Part shown: positions 21,972-31,508 of the stretch, in pieces
How the letters are laid out: each line of letters opens with the position of its first letter
Numbering within the stretch: the first letter of the stretch is position 1
Assembly: GCA_943370455.1 (NCBI GenBank)
Contig: CALRQW020000001.1
Location: 377,506-441,505, forward strand
Source: Asaia bogorensis
GTDB taxonomy: Bacteria > Cyanobacteriota > Cyanobacteriia > PCC-6307 > Cyanobiaceae
Direction of reading: 5' to 3'
Length of the DNA stretch: 64,000 bases
Made by a program: the position numbers and the translations under genes
Notes under the pieces: model-generated
Told to the model about the DNA's origin: nothing
Seen by the model: the letters and a program-made list of their open reading frames with translations, nothing else
Databases searched by the model: none

Positions 21972-24197
21972 ATGAAAAGACCTCAACTCAAGCTCAATTC
22001 ACTACGCAGCTTGCGGAAGCGTATACAGACTCTGATCAGCGGGCAGGACACGCACTATGCATGCGTGCGCCAGTTCAACGAGGAAGACTGTGGAGCAGCC
22101 TGCATAGCAACCGTATGTGAGCACTACGGCCAGACAAAAAGCCTGGCTCGGGTACGAGTGTGTGTTGGCACGCTGGCAACAGGCACGACACTGCTGGGAT
22201 TGAAACGAGGGGCCGAGGAACTGGGCTTGCAAGCAAGAGCTGCAAAAGCAGACCTGTCCTTGCTCCAACACCTCAGCGAGATCCCCCTACCCATGATCTG
22301 CCACTGGAATGGTAATCACTGGGTTGTTCTTCATGCTGTGAAAGACAACCATCTCGTGATTGCCGATCCGGCGGTGGGGATTCGGGAAATAGCCAAAGAC
22401 GAGTTTGCAAAGCGTTGGCAGAACGGGGTTGTGCTGTTGGTCGAACCCGACCCTTCACGCTTCAATAAACAGGAAGAAGAATCAGGCCATCGCGGTCTGT
22501 GGGTTCTCACCGAATTCCTGAAACCCTTCAAAGGCCTGCTGGTGCAGGTGCTGATGCTCAACATTGTGATCGGCACTCTGGCGCTGAGCATGCCGGTGTT
22601 GATGCAAATCCTCACCGACGATGTACTGGTACGAGGTGATTACCACATGCTCACCAGCTTGGCCATAGGCATCATGCTGCTCACGGCGTTGCGCAATGGC
22701 CTCGGCTGGGTACAAGGCCACATGGTGGGCCACTTCGGCCAGAAGTTGCAGCTGCAGATGATCATGCACTACGGCCAAAGGCTGTTTCATCTGCCGATCA
22801 ACTACTTCGAAAGCCACCGTAGTGGCGAAGTCGTCAGCCGCATCGGTGATATCGAACACATCAATGGTCTGCTCACCGGTGTGGTCACCGGGCTGCCGAG
22901 TCAGTTCTGCATCGCCACCATTTCACTTATCTGGATGTTCACCTACAGCGCACCACTCACTCTGGCGGCAGTGCTGTGCTACGCGGCTGTGGTGGTGTGC
23001 AATCTGAGCTTTCTACCAGCAGTGCAGTCCAAGATCAAAAAACTCTTGGTGGGCTCTTCGGAAAACCAGGGATATCTGGTGGAGGTGTTTCGAGCGGCCA
23101 CAGTTCTGAAGACAACAGAAGCCACCCCCCAGGCATGGCAGGAATACCAGCGCAACTTCGGCCGGTTGGCGCGGCTGAGCTGGGACACCACAAAACTGAG
23201 ACTGAACGAAAGCACAGCCACCAGCCTGCTCGGGGGTCTCACCTCGATCGCCCTGCTCTGGTACGGCAGCAGCTTTGTGATCAACAGCCAGCTCAGCATT
23301 GGCCAACTGCTGGCCTTCAACGGCATGGGAGCCAATGTGCTCGGTTTTCTGGCAGGGCTCAGCGGCCTCTCTCAGGAGCTGATCACGTCCGGTGTGGTGT
23401 TGCGGCGTCTATCCGAAGTGCTCGAGCGCGATCCAGAAAATGCCAACGAAACCGATAAACACCACGCCGGCATCAGCTCTCAGGCGCCGATTCGCTGCAA
23501 CGACATCAGCTGGCACTATCCCGGCCGCAGAGCCCTACTGGATCATTTCACCCTGGAGATTCCGGGTGGGTGCACCACAGCGCTGATCGGCGAATCGGGT
23601 TGCGGGAAGAGCAGCATCACCAAGCTGATTGCCGGCATCTACCCGCTGGAGCACGGCAGCATCCACTACGGCAGTTTCAGCGCGAGGGATCTCAACCTCG
23701 ACAGCCTGCGCCGGCAGGTGGTGCTAGTGCCGCAGGAATCGCACTTCTTCAACCGCAGCATCTTCGACAACTTCGCCTTCACCCATCCGGGCGTGGATTT
23801 CGCACAGGTGGTCGAGGCTTGCCAGCTGGCCATGGCTGACGACTTCATCCACGACCTGCCCGATGGCTACGGCACGGTGCTGGGTGAATTTGGCGCCAAC
23901 CTCTCAGGCGGACAGAAACAACGCTTAGCCATTGCCCGCGCCCTGATCAACGATCCTCCGGTGCTGATCATGGATGAATCCACATCGGCCCTCGATCCAG
24001 TGCTGGAGCAGCGGCTGATGGATCGCCTGCTCGCCTACCGAAAAGGCCGCACAACGATCCTGGTGAGCCATCGGCCCTCGGTGATTCTGCGAGCCGACTG
24101 GATCGTCTACATCGAGCGCGGGCAGGTGAAGCAGCAAGACAAGCCGAATGCTCTGCGCGAGAGCTCCATGGTCTCCCCTTACCTCACAGCAGCCTGA
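21972..24197 (+). CDS. Peptidase C39-containing ABC transporter (PCAT; type I secretion)
   Basis: Q..EEDCGAAC (catalytic Cys), HWNGNHWVV, ADPA; Walker A GESGCGKS, LSGGQKQR, MDESTSALD. Confidence 0.95.
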   Translation: MKRPQLKLNSLRSLRKRIQTLISGQDTHYACVRQFNEEDCGAACIATVCEHYGQTKSLARVRVCVGTLATGTTLLGLKRGAEELGLQARAAKADLSLLQHLSEIPLPMICHWNGNHWVVLHAVKDNHLVIADPAVGIREIAKDEFAKRWQNGVVLLVEPDPSRFNKQEEESGHRGLWVLTEFLKPFKGLLVQVLMLNIVIGTLALSMPVLMQILTDDVLVRGDYHMLTSLAIGIMLLTALRNGLGWVQGHMVGHFGQKLQLQMIMHYGQRLFHLPINYFESHRSGEVVSRIGDIEHINGLLTGVVTGLPSQFCIATISLIWMFTYSAPLTLAAVLCYAAVVVCNLSFLPAVQSKIKKLLVGSSENQGYLVEVFRAATVLKTTEATPQAWQEYQRNFGRLARLSWDTTKLRLNESTATSLLGGLTSIALLWYGSSFVINSQLSIGQLLAFNGMGANVLGFLAGLSGLSQELITSGVVLRRLSEVLERDPENANETDKHHAGISSQAPIRCNDISWHYPGRRALLDHFTLEIPGGCTTALIGESGCGKSSITKLIAGIYPLEHGSIHYGSFSARDLNLDSLRRQVVLVPQESHFFNRSIFDNFAFTHPGVDFAQVVEACQLAMADDFIHDLPDGYGTVLGEFGANLSGGQKQRLAIARALINDPPVLIMDESTSALDPVLEQRLMDRLLAYRKGRTTILVSHRPSVILRADWIVYIERGQVKQQDKPNALRESSMVSPYLTAA

Positions 24198-24199
24198 CG

Positions 24200-25423
24200 A
24201 TGAGCAACCTCCAACGCCGCAGCGACATCATTCCGGCCCAGCTCACGCCACTGCAGGCCGACGACTTTCTGCCAGAACTCGGGGGGTGGAGCAAAACCCT
24301 CGGCCAGCGAGTGCTCGCCGTTGGAACTGTGAGCGTGCTCGCCCTGGCGGTGTGGCCCTGGCAGGAAACCGTTCGGGCTGCAGGTGTGATCCGACCTGCG
24401 GGTGAAAACACCATCGTGCAAAGCCAGCTCGATGGTGTGTTGGCCAGGGTGTGGGTGAAGGAGAACCAGCAGGTCAAACAAGGAGAACCACTGGCTGAGC
24501 TCGACCGCCGCAGCCTCGACAACGAACGACGCAAGCTGGAAGGGGAGCTCACGCAATCCCTGGCGCAACAACGCGACAGCCGTGCCTCAAGCCTGGATGC
24601 GCAGCAGCAGGCGCAAGCCACCCGGATGTTGAATAGCGCCCAACGGAACTCAGCCCAGAGGGATCTCGATAGCGCTGCCTCCACTGTGCGCTACCGGGAG
24701 ACGGAACTGAAGCGCTACCGCAGCCTGCTCTCCAGTGGGGCCGTGGCCGAAACAGTGATTGAAGAAAAGCAGGCCCAGGCCGTGTTGGCCCGCAATGATT
24801 TCGCCAAAGCACGCCAAGCGATGCGGGAACAGGAGGCCCGTGGTGCGGCTGAACTAGCGCGGCTTGGCCAGGGCTCCAACCAGACCGCGCGAGAGGAACG
24901 GGAACTGACCAAGCAGGTGGAACAAGTCCGAGCGCGCCTGGAGGAAGTGAAGCGGGCATTGCTCAACAGCGTGATCAGAGCACCCAAATCGGGCACGGTG
25001 ATTGTGAGCAACCTCAGGCATGCGCAACAGGTGATCCGCAGCGGAGAGGTTTTGGCACAAATCGCACCGAGCCAGGGAGAGCTGCAGGTGAAGCTGAGCG
25101 TGCCGAGTTCTGATGTGGGCAACATCAAAGCCAATCAGCCTGCCTATCTGCGAATTGCTGGATGCCCTTATCCCGAATTCGGTGTTCTGCAAGCACGGGT
25201 GCTAACCATCTCAGCTGACACGATCAGTCAGAACACTGGCGGCGATGGGCGGAGTCCTTCCGGATTTCAGGTGTCTCTACAGCCTTCCAGCAAACCACTC
25301 AGCAATGGAAATCGGCGCTGCGCATTGCGGCATGGCATGGATGTCCAAGCCGATATCGTGACACGCAAGACAACAGTTCTTGGCTTCATTCTGACAAAGC
25401 TACGACTGTCGACAGGAACCTGA
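24200..25423 (+). CDS. HlyD-family type I secretion membrane fusion protein
   Basis: One TM helix, VQSQLDGVLARVWVKENQQVKQGEPL, long coiled coil, IRAPKSGTV, YPEFG.L...V..IS.D. Confidence 0.93.
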   Translation: MSNLQRRSDIIPAQLTPLQADDFLPELGGWSKTLGQRVLAVGTVSVLALAVWPWQETVRAAGVIRPAGENTIVQSQLDGVLARVWVKENQQVKQGEPLAELDRRSLDNERRKLEGELTQSLAQQRDSRASSLDAQQQAQATRMLNSAQRNSAQRDLDSAASTVRYRETELKRYRSLLSSGAVAETVIEEKQAQAVLARNDFAKARQAMREQEARGAAELARLGQGSNQTAREERELTKQVEQVRARLEEVKRALLNSVIRAPKSGTVIVSNLRHAQQVIRSGEVLAQIAPSQGELQVKLSVPSSDVGNIKANQPAYLRIAGCPYPEFGVLQARVLTISADTISQNTGGDGRSPSGFQVSLQPSSKPLSNGNRRCALRHGMDVQADIVTRKTTVLGFILTKLRLSTGT

Positions 25424-25530
25424 ATAAGAACCTGATCACATCACACTGCAGCAGGTCAGGGGCAGGGATACAGCGATCAACAAGCGACAAGATTCATACG
25501 CTTCTGAGGCATCATCCCACACATCTCAGG

Positions 25531-26214
25531 ATGAATACTGAACCCCAGGTGCTTGATCCCGCTGTTGCAGACCCAATGGTGATTGAGCCCAGTGTTGTTG
25601 AGCCAGCACCCACAGAAACTCTGAATCCCGTTGTGGGTACACCGATTGATCCCATCACGGGCAGCAACGGCAATCCCGGCAGCTCATCAAACACATCGAA
25701 TGGCAATCAGGTTGCCGTCAACTCCAACTTTGACTATTCAGTCCACAACTTCACTGTCTACAGCTACAGCTCGACTACGAATCAAGAGACCCTCAACGCT
25801 CAGATGGGTCAAGCCAACAGCGATCCACAGCTCTCAGACGGCTTCAACTGCGGGACCGGTGCAGCTCTGTTTGGTCGGAGCTACCGATTTGAATCACGCC
25901 AGTTTTTCCGTGGCAATCGCCGCCTCTCACGCGTGGATCGCATCACCAACTTCGAGGCCGAAGCCGGTGACACCCTTGAGCTGTCACGGCGCCTGTTCAA
26001 AGGCATTGGCGAGCTTGACTTTGTGGCCGTTGCCAATCGGAAAGCAAGCCAGCGCGCAGCGCGCACCGACAACGACATCATCTACGAACAATCCACGGGT
26101 CGGCTTTACTTCAATGCCAACTCGGGCGATCGTGGATTTGGAAGCAAGGGTGGCCTGTTTGCCATCTTGGAATCCACACCACTGATCAACGACAGCCACT
26201 TCGTGATCTTCTGA
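25531..26214 (+). CDS. Small secreted protein with a cyanobacterial RTX/hemolysin-type C-terminal domain
   Basis: Pro-rich then N/S/T-rich N-terminus; C-term DRITNFEAEAGDTLEL...IIYEQSTGRLYFNAN....GFG..GGLFAIL. Confidence 0.75.
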   Translation: MNTEPQVLDPAVADPMVIEPSVVEPAPTETLNPVVGTPIDPITGSNGNPGSSSNTSNGNQVAVNSNFDYSVHNFTVYSYSSTTNQETLNAQMGQANSDPQLSDGFNCGTGAALFGRSYRFESRQFFRGNRRLSRVDRITNFEAEAGDTLELSRRLFKGIGELDFVAVANRKASQRAARTDNDIIYEQSTGRLYFNANSGDRGFGSKGGLFAILESTPLINDSHFVIF

Positions 26215-26242
26215 ATCAGATCCGCCTGTCGAGGGAGTATTC

Positions 26243-26287
26243 AGCGCTTCTGGGTCCAGATCATTCTGGGCCCCAGAGGTGCTTTTT
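26243..26287 (+). terminator. Long hairpin terminator between the convergent RTX-tail and ZIP genes
   Basis: AGCGCTTCTGGG...CCCAGAGGTGCT (G-U pairs) followed by TTTT. Confidence 0.6.
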
Positions 26288-26289
26288 GT

Positions 26290-27051
26290 TCAAGCCAGGA
26301 TGGCAATCAGCAACATCAACGCCAGGCCACCGGCGAAGCAGGCAAAACCAGGCAATGCCAGCCCTGGTTCAGCCTGGTTTTTGATTTCAGGCACCAAATC
26401 AGATGCTGCAATGTAGATAAAGTTGCCAGCGGCAAACAACACCAAAGGAGCCAGAGAAATCTGCTCGTGCAACCACCAGGCTAAGAAGGCACCTAGCGGA
26501 AATGTGAACGCTGAGACCAAGTTCCAAAACAGCGCTTTGCGAGGTCTCCAGCCGCTGTGCATGAGCACACCAAAATCACCAAGCTCCTGGGGGATCTCAT
26601 GGGCAATTGCAGCCATCCAAGCCGCGATCCCGGCGGGTGGATTGATCAGATAGGTGCTGGCAATCCCAAGGCCTCCGATGAAGTTATGCAGGCCATCACC
26701 CATGAGGATCAACAGGGCTATTGACTCGCGCACCCAGCGATCCTCCTCTCCCAGACGCAGCTGGCTGTGATGCCGATGGGAATGATGCCAATGCAGGAAC
26801 TGCTCCAATGCCAGAAATGCTGTAAAGCCAGCCGCAACCCATTCACCTGATCGCAGCGGATCGAGGACCCGATATCCCTCCGGCAGCATGTGGAACAGCG
26901 CACCACCCAAGAGCGAACCCGCCGCCAGAGAAACCAGCGGCGTGAGGAGCAGCTGTAAGCGCCAAGCTGGAAGCACCAGCGTGATCCCACCCACGAGAGC
27001 CACAAAGCTCATCACCAGGCTGCCGAACAGCAGTGTTCCTTCAGGGCTCAT
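26290..27051 (-). CDS. ZIP-family divalent metal (Zn/Fe/Mn) transporter
   Basis: AAGSLLGGALFHMLPE, His-rich loop HWHHSHRHH, GDGLHNFIGG, AHEIPQELGDFGVL. Confidence 0.93.
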   Translation of the reverse strand: MSPEGTLLFGSLVMSFVALVGGITLVLPAWRLQLLLTPLVSLAAGSLLGGALFHMLPEGYRVLDPLRSGEWVAAGFTAFLALEQFLHWHHSHRHHSQLRLGEEDRWVRESIALLILMGDGLHNFIGGLGIASTYLINPPAGIAAWMAAIAHEIPQELGDFGVLMHSGWRPRKALFWNLVSAFTFPLGAFLAWWLHEQISLAPLVLFAAGNFIYIAASDLVPEIKNQAEPGLALPGFACFAGGLALMLLIAILA

Positions 27052-27470
27052 CCCTGCCACCACAGCCAGGTCTCGCGGTTGAGCAGAAATCCCACAAGCG
27101 TGAGCACCACCATCAGCACCACCTGATCAGCGCGTGAATCAGGAATGCGGATGTCAGCCACAAGATGCGCAAGATTCGTTGTGCTGTACACCACACCCAG
27201 CACAAACTGCGCCATGCGCCACGGCATCCGATTGCTCCAGCCCAGGGGATCAGACACCGCGTGAACGGCCAGAATCATGGCGATCACCGGAATCAGAAAG
27301 TAAACCAGCATCGCCAGAAAGATGCGCGGCAGTTGCGATGGTGAAACTTGGCTCTTGATCTCCACTGAAGCGCCGTGGAAGAGCGGCATCAGGCCCAATT
27401 CCACATGAAACAGCATCAGAAGTAGCCAGGCGCACCACAGCCCAGCCACGCGTAATGCAACAGAGTCCAC
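27048..27470 (-). CDS. Hypothetical membrane protein (about 4 TM)
   Basis: 140 aa hydrophobic ORF, 4-nt overlap with ZIP; LFHVELGLMPLFHG. Confidence 0.7.
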   Translation of the reverse strand: MDSVALRVAGLWCAWLLLMLFHVELGLMPLFHGASVEIKSQVSPSQLPRIFLAMLVYFLIPVIAMILAVHAVSDPLGWSNRMPWRMAQFVLGVVYSTTNLAHLVADIRIPDSRADQVVLMVVLTLVGFLLNRETWLWWQG

Positions 27471-27627
27471 AGATTAGTTGCGTACTCTCCAGTTTCGATC
27501 AGCGATCTCGACTGAGCGGCTACCACATCAACCAGATCAACAGCAGATCTGCCGGCACGGCACAACCAACACAGAAGCAAAGCGCCAAAGACTCTGAAGC
27601 AAGTCTCCGAGTCAGTGTCTGGTGTCT

Positions 27628-29046
27628 ATGGCGCAGCTCCTCGCTGGCACCGATCTGCTGGTCGTGCCCTCGTTCAACGCCGATCCGCGCACCCTGGCCT
27701 GCATCGATGGCTTGAACAGCTGGGCGGAGCGGCACCTTGTGGAGCTGCGCCATCTGCTCGATCCCGGCAATCGGCTGGTGTTCATCACGCCCACCCCCAT
27801 CAGCGAGGGCTGCCTGGAAGCCGTACTCAAGCTGATGCCGGCTGTACCGCCGTCGTGGCTTCGGGAGCGACTGCAGCCGCTGTGTCTGCACGACCATGCT
27901 CCAAGGCCGCTGAGCCACAAACTGCTCGCCAGGCCTCGTTTGCTCGACCAGCTTCGCGGGCAGCTCAGGCCAGGAGCACGGCTGGCCTGTTATTCCGTTT
28001 CACCGGCGGAGATGGCTCTCGCGCAGCTGCTGAACCTGGAACTTGAGGGCACACCGGCATCCCTGTCGGGGTTCGGCAGCAAAGCCGGATCCGCCGAGGT
28101 GTTTGCGCAACTCGGCATGCCCTTTCCGCGCACCACCGTGCTCTGCCACAGCTTGGAGCAACTTCGCGATGCCAGCACTGAACTGCTGGAGCGCCATCGC
28201 GATATCAACAGCCTCGTGGTGAAGCTCAACCGGATGGCCGGCGGGCGGGGCAATGCTCCGCTCGAGCTGGATCTACAGGCTTGGCGGCTGCAGCCACCTC
28301 TGCAGCGCCGCCGGCTGCTGGAGCATGCCGTGCAGCATCTGGCGATGCCGCTGCCCCACTGGCGCGATGAGCTCCTGAGCCATGGAGCGATCGCCCAGGA
28401 ACTGATCGATGGCCGCGCTGGAGCGCTGAGCTCACCCAGCGTGCAGCTCTGGATTGATGGCGATGGAGCAGCACAGCTGGTCTCCACCCATGAGCAATGG
28501 CTGGGGGGCCCCCACGGGCAGAGCTTCAAGGGCTGCCGCTTTCCTGCCCGTTTTGCCTACCGCGAGGAGCTCATGGCCATGGGAGAGCGCCTCGGCCAGC
28601 ACCTGGCCGGGCTGGGCTGCCGAGGGGCCGTGTTGCTGGACGTGCTGGCCAGGCGCCAAGACAACCGCTGGGAGCTATGGGCCATCGAAATCAACCTGCG
28701 CAAAGGGGGCACCACCCATCCGTTTCAGCTGGCAGCCAGTGCCACCGGCGGGCAGTTGGATCGCGCGAGCGGTGAGCTGCGCAGCGCTGATGGGTCGGCG
28801 GTGTTTTACGAAGCCAGCGACGAACTGCGCATGCCCCACTGGCACGGGCTGCTGCCAGAACAACTCCTCGACGACTGGGTACGCCGTGGCCTCTTCTTGA
28901 ACAGCGCCAACCGGCGAGGATGCATCCCCCATCGCCTCGGAGCCCTGAGTGAGCACGGTCTGCTGGGCGCCACGGTGTTGGGACGCAGCCGGCGAGAGGC
29001 CTCAGATCTGATGCGGCAAATGCGCCGCGGGCCACGGCAACCCTGA
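27628..29046 (+). CDS. ATP-grasp peptide ligase PGM1-related protein
   Basis: VVPSF, L.DP..RL.FIT, PRPLS.KLLARPRLL, GSK.GS, VVKLN..AGG.GN, SPSVQ, HEQ.LGG..GQ.F.GC.FPA, AIEINLRKGGTTHP. Confidence 0.8.
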   Translation: MAQLLAGTDLLVVPSFNADPRTLACIDGLNSWAERHLVELRHLLDPGNRLVFITPTPISEGCLEAVLKLMPAVPPSWLRERLQPLCLHDHAPRPLSHKLLARPRLLDQLRGQLRPGARLACYSVSPAEMALAQLLNLELEGTPASLSGFGSKAGSAEVFAQLGMPFPRTTVLCHSLEQLRDASTELLERHRDINSLVVKLNRMAGGRGNAPLELDLQAWRLQPPLQRRRLLEHAVQHLAMPLPHWRDELLSHGAIAQELIDGRAGALSSPSVQLWIDGDGAAQLVSTHEQWLGGPHGQSFKGCRFPARFAYREELMAMGERLGQHLAGLGCRGAVLLDVLARRQDNRWELWAIEINLRKGGTTHPFQLAASATGGQLDRASGELRSADGSAVFYEASDELRMPHWHGLLPEQLLDDWVRRGLFLNSANRRGCIPHRLGALSEHGLLGATVLGRSRREASDLMRQMRRGPRQP

Positions 29047-29100
29047 TCGGAACCCCTATGCCGAGAGGAGCGCGCCGATCCCTGCTGGTCGTCTTTCTCC

Positions 29101-29385
29101 ATGAGCCGATTCCATTCCAAGGCCTACCTCGGGGCAGCTCTGGTCCTCACCCTCACGGCGGGGGCTGCCCAGGCCCAGCCCAGCAGCTTTGAAGAACGGC
29201 GCCAGCTGATGCGGCAGATGAGCCAACAGTTGCAGGTGCGGCTGGAGCAGCGGTTGCGCTGCATCAACCAGGCCAAAACGTTTGCTGATCTGGATCAATG
29301 CCAGCGGGCCAACAGCACCGGCTGGCATCACGGCCCTGGCATGGGTGGTGCGGGCTGGGGTGGCTGGGGCTGCCCGATGTGGTGA
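29101..29385 (+). CDS. Small exported protein (signal peptide, two-Cys helical domain, G/W-rich tail)
   Basis: AALVLTLTAGAAQA signal; RLRCINQA...DQCQR. Confidence 0.7.
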   Translation: MSRFHSKAYLGAALVLTLTAGAAQAQPSSFEERRQLMRQMSQQLQVRLEQRLRCINQAKTFADLDQCQRANSTGWHHGPGMGGAGWGGWGCPMW

Positions 29386-29397
29386 AGCGCTGGCCGC

Positions 29398-30300
29398 TCA
29401 GCTCACGAGCTCCACGTCGTCGAAGCGGGCGGCCAGCAACCTGGCCTGCTGGAGCAGATGCTCCACGAGCTGCTGCACAGCCGGCTGATCCACCAGATCG
29501 CGGCGAACCACCAGCGCTTCACCGGTGATCAGGCCGAGATCCCAATCCAGGCGCACGGTTGTGGGTTGCAGGGCTTCGGTGAGGCTCTGGCCGTAGGTGA
29601 GCGTGACCCCATCAGCGCAGCGCCCCTCCCAACAGCTCGGGTCGTAGCGCTTGATCCGCACCGGATCACTCCACAGGCCCTGCTCACGCAGCACGGCTTC
29701 GGTGCGGGGAAACCAGCCGGGGGGCAAGGCCAGGCTGGGAAAGGGCTCGAAATCCGAGCCACTCAGGCCGCGCACCTGGGCCAGCGGATGGTCGGGGGCT
29801 GCCAGCAATTGCACCGGTTCGCGCAGCAGATCCAGCACCCACCAATCGGGATCATCCGGGCCCGGCAGATCGGGCTGATAGCTGCCCACCCAGGCATCCA
29901 TCACCCGCTCCTCCAGCAACTGCAGCGGGCGCTGAACACCGGGTAGATCAAAACGGCCCACAGTCCATCCCTCCGGCGGGCTGGCCAGAAACCAGGGGCC
30001 TGAGGCATAGGTGGCATCGATGCGCAACGGCGCTCGCCCGCGCAGGCGGGCCTGTTGATGCACGGCCCGCTCGGCCAACAGCAGTGAGGCATCACCGCCG
30101 AGCTGCATGAAGCCATCGGCGCGGCTCAGCTTCAGCTTGAACAGCTTCAGAGCGGAGCGCACCTGACGCGACACCGTGCTCTGGTGCACCTCGAGCACAT
30201 CGCTCACGGCACCTTCATGCCCCAACCACAGGTAGAGATCCAGAACCGCGAGATGCTCCAGCGGAAGGACCACATACCTGCAAGCTGCCGGGCCAATCAT
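29398..30300 (-). CDS. LysR-family transcriptional regulator
   Basis: HTH V.DVLEVHQSTVSR.VR; substrate-binding domain; start uncertain (30267-30300). Confidence 0.8.
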   Translation of the reverse strand: MIGPAACRYVVLPLEHLAVLDLYLWLGHEGAVSDVLEVHQSTVSRQVRSALKLFKLKLSRADGFMQLGGDASLLLAERAVHQQARLRGRAPLRIDATYASGPWFLASPPEGWTVGRFDLPGVQRPLQLLEERVMDAWVGSYQPDLPGPDDPDWWVLDLLREPVQLLAAPDHPLAQVRGLSGSDFEPFPSLALPPGWFPRTEAVLREQGLWSDPVRIKRYDPSCWEGRCADGVTLTYGQSLTEALQPTTVRLDWDLGLITGEALVVRRDLVDQPAVQQLVEHLLQQARLLAARFDDVELVS

Positions 30301-30425
30301 TCGGCAACAGCTGCTGTTGAGCGGCGGCGTGGCTCTGCCTGATACAGACCGATAGGAAGAGCCGCGACAACGCCGCTGCCAAACCAGGCAGCCAATTGCA
30401 GATTGGTTGTAGTTGGCCTGTCGGC

Positions 30426-31508
30426 ATGCAGCGATGGCGTCACGCGCTCGGGCGCTGCATCAGCTGGAGTTGGTGCACCACCGCAGGCCTGGCCCTGCTC
30501 ACGCTGCTGATCAGCCTGCTGATCGATGAGCGCTTCAACACAGCACTTGAGCTGAGAAACCTTCCCTGGAGCGTGCTGCCGGTGATCGCCGGTGTGGCAC
30601 TGCTCAACACCAAGCAGGAAGGCTTGCTGGTGGTGCTGTTTCTGGCTCTGGAGATCTCAAGCAACCTCGCCCATGGGACGGGCCACGCAGATGGGCGGGT
30701 TGAAGCGCTGATCTGGGCGCGCCGCAGCCTGATCCTTGTGTGCTGCATCTGGGCCGCCCATGTGCGCTCACAGCTGGAAGACCAACGGCTGAAACTGCAA
30801 GCCAGCCAGGCTGCATTGGAAGAAAAACTGGCCCAGAGCCTGAAGGCCTCCGCCCTGGCCCATGAGCTGCGTCAGCCCCTGAGCCAGCTGCTGCTTCAAA
30901 CCCGGCTACTCCAGCACCGCTTCGAAGAATCAGCCATCAGCAACCCAGCGCTGCAGCAAACGATGGCGGAACTACTGAGCTGCGGTGCTCAGATCAACGA
31001 CCTGATCGAGGCCATCGGCTCACTCCTCAGGGAGTCGGCCACGCCGATGCAACCCGTCGACCTCACCGCAGTGCTCCGTGCCTGCTTGCAGCGGCTGAAA
31101 CCGCTGCTGCAGGCCTCCAGCGTGGAATTGCAACTGCAGCTGCTGCATCCACCAGTGCTGGTGAGCGGAGTGCCCGGGCAACTGGAGATTGCCTGCTGCA
31201 ATCTGCTCAGCAATGCCTGCGAGGCGTTAGACGGGCAACCGCAACCGCGCCGCCTGGCCTGCAGCCTTCAAGCTGAGGCCGGCATGGTTGAGCTGGTGGT
31301 GGCCGACAGCGGCCCGGGCCTAGCCAACACCAACGTGCGCGAACTGTTGATGCGCAGCACCAAACCCCAAGGAATGGGGGTGGGCTTACTCACCGTGCAA
31401 TCGATTGCCTGCCGCCACGGCGGTGCACTGCACCTGGGCCGCTCCAACCCATTGGGGGGAGCGGAAGTGCGTCTCAAACTGCCGCTGGCGAACCCGCGTC
31501 CCACCTGA
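30426..31508 (+). CDS. Membrane sensor histidine kinase
   Basis: N-terminal TM helices, H-box AHELRQPL, N-box NLLSNA, G1 DSGPG, G2 GMGVGL. Confidence 0.9.
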   Translation: MQRWRHALGRCISWSWCTTAGLALLTLLISLLIDERFNTALELRNLPWSVLPVIAGVALLNTKQEGLLVVLFLALEISSNLAHGTGHADGRVEALIWARRSLILVCCIWAAHVRSQLEDQRLKLQASQAALEEKLAQSLKASALAHELRQPLSQLLLQTRLLQHRFEESAISNPALQQTMAELLSCGAQINDLIEAIGSLLRESATPMQPVDLTAVLRACLQRLKPLLQASSVELQLQLLHPPVLVSGVPGQLEIACCNLLSNACEALDGQPQPRRLACSLQAEAGMVELVVADSGPGLANTNVRELLMRSTKPQGMGVGLLTVQSIACRHGGALHLGRSNPLGGAEVRLKLPLANPRPT

